Part shown: positions 52,618 to 61,275 of the stretch, piece by piece
Numbering within the stretch: position 1 is the first letter of the stretch
Layout: each line of letters starts with the position of its first letter
NCBI GenBank assembly: GCA_963841735.1
Contig: CAWJDT010000001.1
Location: 320,001 to 384,000 of the forward strand
Origin: an uncultured Actinomycetes bacterium
Lineage (GTDB): Bacteria; Actinomycetota; Thermoleophilia; RBG-16-64-13
Direction of reading: 5' to 3'
DNA length: 64,000 nucleotides
Program-made: the position numbers and the translations under genes
Notes under the pieces: generated by a model
Told to the model about the DNA's origin: nothing
Databases searched by the model: none
Seen by the model: only the letters and a program-made list of their open reading frames with translations

Positions 52618-53543
52618 AGTTGGCCGCCGATCAGCCAACTGAGCAGCCCCAGGAAACAGAGGCCCATGCCGACCACCAGCAGTCGCGGCACCCGCAGCAG
52701 CCGCATCTTAGCCTGCCACGACTCCACCACCGCCAGCACTGCGCACAGGATCGGCAGCCCGACCGCCAGGACGACCATCCGCCACACAAAACCGACAGGA
52801 TGAGGCGCGAACAGCTCGAGGGCCAACACGAGCATGATCCAATGCTTGGCAGCCGCGGCCCACTGCAGGTAGGCCAGATCCCGCCCGGCGTATTCCAGCA
52901 GCGGGCCCTCGTGGATCATGGTGAGCTCAAGATGAGTGTCGGGGTTGTCCACTGGTTGACGCCCGGTCTCGGCGATCACCACGAGGGCGAAGGCCGCTGC
53001 CGCAAGCCAGTGAGTCGGCAGGCTCCAGATGTGCGCCCCCGCCGCGGCGTCGCTCAAGGAGCGCAGATCGGTGCTGCCAAAAGGCAGCGCCGCCAACATC
53101 AGCACAAACAACAGCAGTCCCTCCACCGCGACGCCGATTGTGAGATCACGGCTGGAGCCCATGAGCGCAAAGCCGCTCCCTGTATCCCAGGAAGCCATGG
53201 CCAGAGCAAAGCGGGCCAGCGCGAGCATCCCGACCAGCAGCAGGGCATCGTGGCCCACAGGCCAGGCGAGGGAGTGTCCACCAATCGGGACCAGGAGCAG
53301 CGAGACGGCCAGACCGGCCGCGACCACCGGCGGTGCCAGACGATAGAGCACAGTGCCGCCCTCAGGGTCGACGGCGCTCCGCGACCAAAGACGGGCGAGC
53401 TCCCGGTAGGGCTGCAACGGTGACGGTCCCCGCCGTCCCTGAAGCCTCGCTTTGAAACTCTGCGTCAGACCGGGCAGCAGGGGAGCAAGGGCGACCCCCC
53501 CAACCACCTGCACAGCGCCGGCCACTATGTCGGCGGCGCTCAT
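52614..53543 (-). CDS. hyfC: HyfC/HycD (NuoH-family) membrane subunit
   Basis: QGRRGPS.LQPY, GSSR, ETGRQPVDNPDTHLELTMIHE..LEY. Confidence 0.88.
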   Translation of the reverse strand: MSAADIVAGAVQVVGGVALAPLLPGLTQSFKARLQGRRGPSPLQPYRELARLWSRSAVDPEGGTVLYRLAPPVVAAGLAVSLLLVPIGGHSLAWPVGHDALLLVGMLALARFALAMASWDTGSGFALMGSSRDLTIGVAVEGLLLFVLMLAALPFGSTDLRSLSDAAAGAHIWSLPTHWLAAAAFALVVIAETGRQPVDNPDTHLELTMIHEGPLLEYAGRDLAYLQWAAAAKHWIMLVLALELFAPHPVGFVWRMVVLAVGLPILCAVLAVVESWQAKMRLLRVPRLLVVGMGLCFLGLLSWLIGGQL

Positions 53544-53568
53544 ATGCACCGCCCGCATCCCTGGGGTC

Positions 53569-55607
53569 TCATCTCACACCCCACAGCCAGGCCGCCGCGA
53601 GCGCGACGATGACCAGTAGCAGCAGATAGGCCATGTAGGCCCGGATGCTGCCCGACTGCAGACGCCGGGCATAGGACGCGGCGGCGAGAGCCCAGCGCAC
53701 CACCGGACGGTAGAGCTTCGTGTCAAAGAGGTGCGGCACCGATCCGCTGTAGGTGAGGCGCTGCACAACGCCATTCTCCCTTTCGAGGGTGACGGTCCGC
53801 TCCGGTCGAAGCACCGCCTCCAACACCAAGCGCAGCGGTTTGGTGAATCCGGCCGAGGTCCAGTTCAGAGCCGGTTCGACCCGCTGCCCGCAGGTCCAGA
53901 CGGGAGCCGTAGCCGCCCGCCGCTTGCCCCGCATTAGCACCAGCAGAGCGACCAGGGCCACTAGGATCAGCCCAAGTCCCAGAGTGGGCAACCCGCCCGT
54001 TCCCGTTAGCGGCACACCCACCTTCCACGGCAGCACCGAGGCACCCACCCCCGAGAACACGCCGGCCGCCGCCTCGCCGCCGGGAGCGAGCCTGGCCAGG
54101 GAGGGCAACAGAAGTCCGGGGAGCAGGCCCAGTACCACGCAGAGCGCGGCCAACGTAGTTGTCGCAACCATCATGGGCATGGACACCTCGCGAGCGGCCT
54201 CACAGGCCGGGCGTCGCGGAGGGCCCAGAAGCACGAGCCCGACCACTTTGGCGAAGCAGAACACGGCCAAGGCCGCGGTCATCGCCAGCGCGACCGTCGC
54301 TACCGCGCCCACGATGGCCGGTCCCCAAGTGGCCCCCTGCGCCGCGCCGGCACCGGCAGCGCTCAGCCCGGCCGCCCCCGTGCCAGTCACCACGTGCACC
54401 AGTGCCTGAAGCGTGAGCCATTCGGAGACAAATCCATTCAGAGGCGGCAGACCTGCGATGGCCATGGAGCCAATCAAGAAGGCCCCGCCCGTCCAGGGCA
54501 TCCGACGCAGCAGCCCGCCCAGGCGGTCGAGTTCCAGCCCATGTACTGCCTTGTCGATCGATCCGGCGCTGAGGAAGAGAAGGCCCTTGAACACGGCGTG
54601 ATTGAGGACGTGCAGCAAGGCGGCGGCAAATGCCAGTGCCGCCCAAGCGGGTTGGCCCAGCCGTCTGGAAGAGAAGCGAAGCGCCCAGCCCGAGCACGAT
54701 GATGCCGATGTTCTCGATGGAGTGAAAGGCGAGCAGTCGCTTGAGTTCGTGCTGGAAGAGCGCATAGACGACGCCTCCCAGCGACGAGAGCGCACCCAGG
54801 CCCAGAAGCACCAGGGCCAGCCACACCGGCGTCCCGCCCAGCCACTCGAAGAGCACCCGGATCAAGCCGTAGAGGGCCACCTTGATCATCATGCCCGACA
54901 TCAACGCCGAGATGTGGCTGGGAGCCAGCGGATGGGCCCTGGGCAACCAGCTGTGAAGAGGCATTATGCCCTGCCTTGGCGCCGAAACCCACGATGGCCG
55001 CGAGCCCGATGAACACCTGTAGAGGCGCGCCTATGCCTTGGAGGGCCGTGGGATCACCAAGCACGCCGTGGCCGGCCAGCAGCAGAAGCGACACCCATAC
55101 CCCGACGCCGCCGAGGTGCGTGATGGCGAGATACTCGAACACCGAGCGGCGGGCGTCCGTGTCACGCCGCACGACCAATATGGCCCCAGCCGGCAGCAGC
55201 GTCATGAGTTCCCAGAAAGTCAGAAACGAGGGAGCCGAGCGCGCCGTGAGCACCCCGACCATGGCCAGGAGAAAACCCGCCGTGAGCGCCCCGATCACGG
55301 TGGCGCGGCGAATGCCACGGAGATAGCCCATCGCATAGACCAGCGCGGGCACGCCAGAGACGGCAAGAGCGGCCAAGAAGAATCCGGTCAGCGGGTCGAC
55401 GCCGAACGTCAGTTCCGGGCCACTGCCGAAGGGCGACCCAGCTGTAGTTCTACCCAGAAGGGCGACGAGCCCACCTGCGCCGATCGTGGCAAGACCCGCG
55501 ACCTGTAGCCCCAGGCCCCAAGTCAGCAGCGCCCGCCCCAGGCACAGCGCACCTCCCGCCGCGACCGCGATGGCCCCGGCGACTATGAACCAGGCGACCA
55601 GACTCAC
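53569..55607 (-). CDS. hyfB: HyfB-like antiporter-type membrane subunit; frameshifted
   Basis: FWELM, PLHSWLPRAHP.APS, KRLLAFHSIENIG, NHAVFKGLLF, GLPPLNGFVSEW, WTCG, LQSG. Confidence 0.85.
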
Positions 55608-55978
55608 GAAATACTGTTCGCTTCTTGGTCGGAAGCGGGTGGGGGCTCGGGTATTGAAAGCTCCTCGAGCAGAGCGCGGGTCTCTGACAGGCCGGAGAGA
55701 ATGACCTGGCGAGCGGTCTCGAGCATCTGGAACATGAGGGGGTCCCGAACCGAGTACCGGACGGTCGTGCCCACCTTGCGGCCTTCGACGATGCCCTGCT
55801 GCCGCAGCGCCGCCAGATGCTGCGAGGTGCCGCTGGAGTCAAGTTGGAGCTCCACCTGCAGCTCACCCACCGTCATGTCGCCGTCCCTCAACAGCTCGAG
55901 AATGCGCACCCGGGCCGGGTGACCCAATACACGGAAGAAGTCCGCCTTCACCGTGTGTATGGGCAGTTGACTGTTCAA
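55604..55978 (-). CDS. ArsR/SmtB-family regulator (Rv0081-like)
   Basis: KADFFRVLGHPARVRILELL...SQHLAALR...Y; first gene of the hyf-like operon. Confidence 0.9.
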   Translation of the reverse strand: MNSQLPIHTVKADFFRVLGHPARVRILELLRDGDMTVGELQVELQLDSSGTSQHLAALRQQGIVEGRKVGTTVRYSVRDPLMFQMLETARQVILSGLSETRALLEELSIPEPPPASDQEANSIS

Positions 55979-56018
55979 AGGGAACGCTCCTGGCCTGCCG
56001 GCTGGTCGCCTTGCTTAC

Positions 56019-56040
56019 AATCTTAAGAGTTTGTTAGATT
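56019..56040. promoter_or_regulatory. Candidate ArsR operator
   Basis: AT-rich imperfect inverted repeat AATCTTAAGAGTTTGTTAGATT just upstream of the ArsR gene. Confidence 0.45.
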
Positions 56041-56202
56041 ACCAGCCTTTAAGTCTACGAGCAAGGCGCGAGCCATACTTGGCGCAAAGACAACGACTAT
56101 GTTTCCGTGCGCCCCAAGATGGATAGAGTCTTGGCTGTAGCGACAGGCGCCCCAGAGCCTTGGTCGACCGGCAGCGGAAGAGCAGGAGGTGCTGGACAAG
56201 CA

Positions 56203-56868
56203 ATGAGCGCTAACGATGCCAGACCGACGATCTCCGCGGAAGCCAGACTGCATGGGTTCGAGCAAGCGCTTCTGGAAATGGACCGCGCTAAAACCCAGCG
56301 AGTTGTTGCAGCCGCGCGAGACACGCTATCCGCGGACCGCATCGTGGAGGATCTGATAGTCCCCGCTCTTGAGAGCATGGGGCACGAGTGGGAGTCAGGC
56401 CGGCTGGCCCTCTCCCAGATCTACATGGGCGGGCGCATCTGCGAAGAACTGGTAGACGCTCTGATGCCACCGGCCAGCCCCCAGCGCAAGAACCAACCGC
56501 ATATGGCGATCGCCGTGCTGGAGGATCACCATCTGCTGGGCAAGCGCATCGTCTATTCTCTGCTGAGGGCTGGCGGGTATGACTTGCTCGACTATGGAAA
56601 CGTTGATGCCGCCTCCCTGATGCACCAGACCCAGCGCGACCAGATCGAGGTCCTGCTCATCTCTACGCTCATGTTGCCCTCCGCGCTGCGTATCGGGGGG
56701 GTGAGCCTCGGTTTGAGGAGCGCCGGATGGACCGGAAAGATAGTGGTGGGCGGCGCGCCGTTCCGCTTCGACGATCAGCTCTGGCGAGAGGTAGGCGCAG
56801 ATGCGACCAGCGCCACCGCATCCGGCCTCATATCACTCCTAGCCCAATTCGGAGTTGAGGCCGCATGA
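56203..56868 (+). CDS. Corrinoid (cobalamin-binding) protein
   Basis: Four-helix cap (PALESMG..WESG), DHHLLG (DxHxxG), ISTLM (SxL), VGGAPF. AGGAGG RBS before ATG 56203. Confidence 0.9.
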   Translation: MSANDARPTISAEARLHGFEQALLEMDRAKTQRVVAAARDTLSADRIVEDLIVPALESMGHEWESGRLALSQIYMGGRICEELVDALMPPASPQRKNQPHMAIAVLEDHHLLGKRIVYSLLRAGGYDLLDYGNVDAASLMHQTQRDQIEVLLISTLMLPSALRIGGVSLGLRSAGWTGKIVVGGAPFRFDDQLWREVGADATSATASGLISLLAQFGVEAA

Positions 56869-57926
56869 AGACCACGGCCATGACGTCAATGCAACGAACA
56901 CTGACCACCCTGGGTCATCAGGAGCCGGACAGGGTGCCGCTTTTCCTACTGCTTTCCCTACACGGGGCCAAGGAGCTGGGACTCTCCATCAAAGACTACT
57001 TTGCCCGGCCCGAATACGTCGCCGAAGGTCAAATCCGGCTCCGAGCAAAGTACGGCAATGACTGTCTCGACGCTTTCTTCTATGCACCCATCGAGGTGGA
57101 AGTTTGGGGGGGTGAGGTGTTGTACCGCGAGGACGGACCTCCCAACTCGGGCGAGCCGTTTCTCCGCCGGCCAGAGGACATCCTGGAACTCACGGTGCCT
57201 CGAGTGGCTGAGTCGCCCTGCCTGCTCAAGGTCATACAGGCCATCGAGATGATGAAGGTCCGCGGCGGTGACGAGATCCCCATCATCGGCGTGGTCATGT
57301 CGCCATTCTCCCTGCCGGTGATGCAGCTTGGCTTCGACCATTACTTGGACGTGCTCTATGAACGGAAGGACCTCTTCGCCCGTCTGCTGCGGGTCAACGA
57401 GGAGTTCTGCGTCGAGTGGGCCAACGCTCAGCTGACAGCGGGGGCTACGGCCATCTGCTATTTCGACCCTGTTTCCTCCCCGAGCATCATCCCCCGCGAG
57501 CTTTTCCTCAAAACCGGCTACCTCATCGCCAAGCAGACGATTTCTCGCATCGCCGGCCCGACGGCCGGTCACCTGGCCTCAGGCACATGTCTGCCCATCT
57601 TGGACGCCCTCGCACAAACGGGGATGGCCGCGGTGGGGGTGAGCGCGTCGGAGGATCTTGCGGAACTCAAGGCAGCGGCAGCGGGCAAGATCACTCTACT
57701 CGGCAACCTGAACGGCATCGAGATGCGGCGCTGGACCCCGGACCAAACCGAAGCCGCAGTCAAGCAGGCCATCGCGAAAGCAGGGGCCGATGGAGGCTTC
57801 ATTCTGTCGGACAACCACGGCGAGATCCCGTGGCAGGTCCCAGACGAGGTCTTGTTGAACATCTCGGAAGCCGTGGAGCATTGGGGGCAGTACCCGCTTC
57901 GCTGGACGCGGGCCTATGCAGACTGA
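56865..57926 (+). CDS. UroD/MtaA(MT2)-superfamily protein
   Basis: MTSMQR...EPDRVP, SPFSL, YFDP, LLGNL, GGFILS. Lacks the HemE RQAGR motif. Starts in an ATGA overlap. Confidence 0.85.
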   Translation: MKTTAMTSMQRTLTTLGHQEPDRVPLFLLLSLHGAKELGLSIKDYFARPEYVAEGQIRLRAKYGNDCLDAFFYAPIEVEVWGGEVLYREDGPPNSGEPFLRRPEDILELTVPRVAESPCLLKVIQAIEMMKVRGGDEIPIIGVVMSPFSLPVMQLGFDHYLDVLYERKDLFARLLRVNEEFCVEWANAQLTAGATAICYFDPVSSPSIIPRELFLKTGYLIAKQTISRIAGPTAGHLASGTCLPILDALAQTGMAAVGVSASEDLAELKAAAAGKITLLGNLNGIEMRRWTPDQTEAAVKQAIAKAGADGGFILSDNHGEIPWQVPDEVLLNISEAVEHWGQYPLRWTRAYAD

Positions 57927-59190
57927 GCTTGTCTTCCTTGTCTGCGAGAACCTCGAACAGGAAGCACGGGCCGTCACGGAGATAGAGCATTGGGAGAACG
58001 TCGAGGTGTTGACGTGCCCTGCACTCTGCACAGACCCCCAGGACCACTCCAGGACCGCCCGGGAGATCGAGGCCGCGAGTAGCCAACATCCTGAGCACTG
58101 CCTGGTGGTCGGCTGTGGAGGGCTGCGGGAGTTGGCCGGCAGCGGACATGAAGGACCGCCGCGCGGCAGAGTGGCCATGGCTTCCTGCTTCGAGTTGGTG
58201 GTGGGGCCCCATCTTGCGGCAGGCTGGATGCAGGACGGCGCCCTTCTCCTTACCCCTGGGTGGCTGGAGCATTGGCCGGAATATGTCCGGGTCTGGGGAT
58301 TCGACCAAGCCACCGCGAAGGAGTTCTTCGCCGAATCCGCTTCCCGCTTGGTCCTGCTCGATACCGGAGTGCGGCTTGAGAGCGCCCGGTGCCTGGCCGA
58401 GTTTGCCTCGTTCGTGGGCCGCCCTGCCGAGACCGTCCCGGTGGGGTTGGACTACTTCCGCCTTAACCTGGCCCAAATGCTTCTTTCCTCGCAACTTGAT
58501 GAGCAACGAGCGACACACACCTCCGCTCTGGCCGACTCCCAGCGGAAGCTTGCGGACTACGCCATGTCCTACGATCTGGTGGGCAGCTTGGCAGGGATGA
58601 AGTCGGAAGACCGGGTGGTCGAAGCGATATTCGAGTTGTTCGCTATGTTGTTCGCTCCCGCGGGCCTGGTCTATATTCCGATGGTCGGAGGCAAGGCGAG
58701 GCCCACACGCTTCATGCCCGAACGGCTGGCAACAGACCCCAGCGCCACAACCGGACTGGCCGAGCTGCGCGAGGAGTACGCTTGGACCGATTCGGGCCAA
58801 GGCTTCGTACTACGCCTGGGAGAACCAGAGGCGGTGTTGGGTATCCTCAAGGTGGAAGGCATCGCGTTCCCGCAGTACATCCAGCACTACCTGAACCTGG
58901 GCCTGAACCTGGCCCGGGTTTGCGCCCTGGCACTACGCAATGCCCGCGTATATGGGGAACTGCAATCCACTATCGGCCAGCTTCAGGAAGCCCTGACCAG
59001 TATCAAGACCTTGTCAGGACTCCTACCCATATGCGCCGGATGCAAGAAGATCCGTGACGACAATGGCTTCTGGACGCAGGTTGAATCATATGTGAGCAAG
59101 CGCACCTCGGCCACCTTCAGCCATGGTCTTTGCCCTGACTGCCTGGCTAAGTACTATCCAGAGTTGGCGGACGAGACGGAGACGGCATGA
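57916..59190 (+). CDS. DUF1638-like domain, GAF-like domain and C-terminal Cys/His domain protein
   Basis: Cys-rich N-terminus (LVC, CPALC, VGCG, SCFE, LTPGW, LLDTG, VGLDYF); GAF-like LGILKV...LALRNARVY; tail LSGLLPICAGCKKIRDD.G.W...FSHGLCPDC. Confidence 0.75.
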   Translation: MQTELVFLVCENLEQEARAVTEIEHWENVEVLTCPALCTDPQDHSRTAREIEAASSQHPEHCLVVGCGGLRELAGSGHEGPPRGRVAMASCFELVVGPHLAAGWMQDGALLLTPGWLEHWPEYVRVWGFDQATAKEFFAESASRLVLLDTGVRLESARCLAEFASFVGRPAETVPVGLDYFRLNLAQMLLSSQLDEQRATHTSALADSQRKLADYAMSYDLVGSLAGMKSEDRVVEAIFELFAMLFAPAGLVYIPMVGGKARPTRFMPERLATDPSATTGLAELREEYAWTDSGQGFVLRLGEPEAVLGILKVEGIAFPQYIQHYLNLGLNLARVCALALRNARVYGELQSTIGQLQEALTSIKTLSGLLPICAGCKKIRDDNGFWTQVESYVSKRTSATFSHGLCPDCLAKYYPELADETETA

Positions 59191-59281
59191 ACCGCCTCCG
59201 TCGCCCTAGCGGATGGCGCCCGGCCGGCAACCGCTACCTCACGACAGTGGACCGATCCGCGAACCACTCCGCTACAGCCTG

Positions 59282-59878
59282 CTAGCCGCGGGCCCGCTCC
59301 AACAGCACCATCATCATAAGGCTCAAAAAGGCTCTCTTCTCATCCTCTGGGCTCAGCTCAGCGTGCTTCTCTATCTTGAACTTACCCTCAAACAACGCCG
59401 GCTGCTTCTGCATCCTCAAGACCATCCGGCCGTCCGTGGACGAGACAGTGTAGGCCGGATGAAACATGTAGCCCGAGAACATCCCGATTATCGGCAATCC
59501 TCCTACCAGGCTGTCCCAAACCTTCACCCAGGGCTTCTCTTCCCGAATGAGCATCTTGAGGCTCTCGCCCTCATACACATCGTAATGCGCCTTCCAGAGA
59601 GACTTCTTCCCCTCACGCTTGACCGAACCGACCGTCTGTCCCAACTGATCAACGAAGGTGTACCGCGGCGACCAGTCAATTATCTTGTCCGCTTTGATGT
59701 TGAAAGCCGGCCGCGTCTTCTTCTCATCCTCGAACACGGTCACGTCTTCCCTGAGCTTGAACAGTTTCTGCTTGATGTAGCCGACCAGGTTGCCGTTGGC
59801 ATCGCGGACCGCCAGTTGGGGAGACATCGCCACGATCTTGAAGGATAGGGTCAAGGGGAAACTAAGCGGGAACTGCAT
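59282..59878 (-). CDS. LURP-one/scramblase-like (Tubby C-terminal-like) protein
   Basis: From ATG 59878 after AAGGAG: KQKLFKLREDV.VFED, IKAD.IID...Y, GSVKR.G.KSLW. Confidence 0.65.
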   Translation of the reverse strand: MQFPLSFPLTLSFKIVAMSPQLAVRDANGNLVGYIKQKLFKLREDVTVFEDEKKTRPAFNIKADKIIDWSPRYTFVDQLGQTVGSVKREGKKSLWKAHYDVYEGESLKMLIREEKPWVKVWDSLVGGLPIIGMFSGYMFHPAYTVSSTDGRMVLRMQKQPALFEGKFKIEKHAELSPEDEKRAFLSLMMMVLLERARG

Positions 59879-59966
59879 TCTTGTCTCCTTGGTCGTCGCC
59901 TGTTGTTTGATTCTACCGGATTGCCTGTTCGCTTTGGGCCGCCTTATGGGCCGCCTGTTGCGCCGC

Positions 59967-60281
59967 CTATCCGTAAGAACAGCAGTAGTCCGCCGGCCCC
60001 TTGAGCACCAGTTTGAAAGACGAGTCCGCAGGCACCTCAAAGGACTGACCGGCCGCGAAGGTCTGCCAGTCTTTCGTATCGGGCAGGAGCACATGCATTT
60101 CGCCGCCCAGGATCTCCATCACCTCACGAGATTCGGTGCCAAATTCGTATTCCCCGGGCATCATGAAGCCGAGGGTCTTGTGCGTGCCATCGGCGAACAG
60201 GACGGTGCGGCTGCTGACTTTGCCGTCGAAATAGACGTTGGCTTTCTTGACGATCGTGACGTTGGCGAAATTGTCTGACAT
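59967..60281 (-). CDS. ppnP: Pyrimidine/purine nucleoside phosphorylase (DUF1255)
   Basis: [35 protein letters not shown]. Confidence 0.9.
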   Translation of the reverse strand: MSDNFANVTIVKKANVYFDGKVSSRTVLFADGTHKTLGFMMPGEYEFGTESREVMEILGGEMHVLLPDTKDWQTFAAGQSFEVPADSSFKLVLKGPADYCCSYG

Positions 60282-60504
60282 GCGCCTGTAGCTCCGTTCA
60301 GGTAGTGATTCTATGGTCGGTATGCCACAACAAAGATCACGGTCGCCGGTCGCTCGACCGCGACCCGCGCCGCGAGGTCGACTGAGGGTCGCGTCCGCTC
60401 GTCACTGAAACGCATGTACTCGCCGGGATCCCAGGATTCCACAGCTTCTCCCTCCCCGCTATCGAGGCTGTTTGATAATCATGACGAGCGAGAGCTCTTG
60501 CTCA

Positions 60505-61260
60505 CTACAACAGGAACAACATCAGGGCCGCGACGCCGGTCATCACCATGACGAATACGCGATATGCCCTTTCGGGAATCTTGCCCGCCACTCTGATGCC
60601 AATGAACGCCCCTGCCGCTATTCCCGGGATCATGATCGCATCGAAAGTGAGTGTAGCCGCGTCGATGTTCCTCCAAAAGAATATCTGAAGAGGGAGCTTC
60701 AACAAGTTGATGATCAGAAAGAACCAAGCCGCAGTTCCGATGAATGCTTTCTTGGGGAGATGCATCGATAGCAGATAGATGGACATTATCGCTCCGGCAG
60801 CGTTGCCCACCATGGTGGTGAAGCCTGCCAACAATCCGGCCAAAACCGAAAACCACCAGGCCCCAGGGTAGGCCACGGTGTTCTTTTGCGTGTCCTGCCA
60901 GATCATCAAACCCAGCAAGACGACAATGATGCCGCCCAGCAACATCCGGAATGAGTCATCCGATAGGCCTCCGCCGACAGCTACACCCACACCCAGCCCC
61001 ACCACTGCGCTTGGGAGAAGCTTCAGCAGATAGCCGGTCTCTGCATGTCTGCGGTACCAGGACACGGCGAAGACATCGCCGACACACAGCATGGGAAGAA
61101 TTATGCCTGTCGAAGCCTTACCCCCGAAAGAAAGCGCCATGAGCGGAATGAAGAGTAGAGCCAAGCCGTTCAGCCCGGCCTTTGACATGCCGATCACTAC
61201 GCCGCTGGCGATCGCCAGAACCCACTGGTAGCTCGCCAACTGAGCAAGGTCAAAATGCAT
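60505..61260 (-). CDS. TauE/SafE-family (TSUP) permease
   Basis: GMSKAG, GFTTMVGNAAG, FIGT.AWFF.IN.LKLP; about 8 TM segments. Confidence 0.85.
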   Translation of the reverse strand: MHFDLAQLASYQWVLAIASGVVIGMSKAGLNGLALLFIPLMALSFGGKASTGIILPMLCVGDVFAVSWYRRHAETGYLLKLLPSAVVGLGVGVAVGGGLSDDSFRMLLGGIIVVLLGLMIWQDTQKNTVAYPGAWWFSVLAGLLAGFTTMVGNAAGAIMSIYLLSMHLPKKAFIGTAAWFFLIINLLKLPLQIFFWRNIDAATLTFDAIMIPGIAAGAFIGIRVAGKIPERAYRVFVMVMTGVAALMLFLL

Positions 61261-61275
61261 ATTGGTCCTCGGTCA

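Noticed and set aside
48521-55607. Annotation as complex I (nuo) or a complete formate hydrogenlyase
   Set aside because: The subunit set is hyfB/C/E/F plus large and small only; there is no NuoEFG, HycB/HycF or formate dehydrogenase.
56865-57926. Annotation as uroporphyrinogen decarboxylase (hemE)
   Set aside because: No RQAGR motif, no heme genes nearby, and it is coupled to a corrinoid protein.
49036-59190. Selenocysteine or pyrrolysine recoding in the hydrogenase-like or corrinoid genes
   Set aside because: The ligand positions are ordinary Cys codons, and no in-frame TGA or TAG interrupts the corrinoid module.
59879-60094. N-terminal extension of ORF 59282..60094
   Set aside because: It overlaps ppnP in another frame, and a good RBS with ATG exists at 59878.
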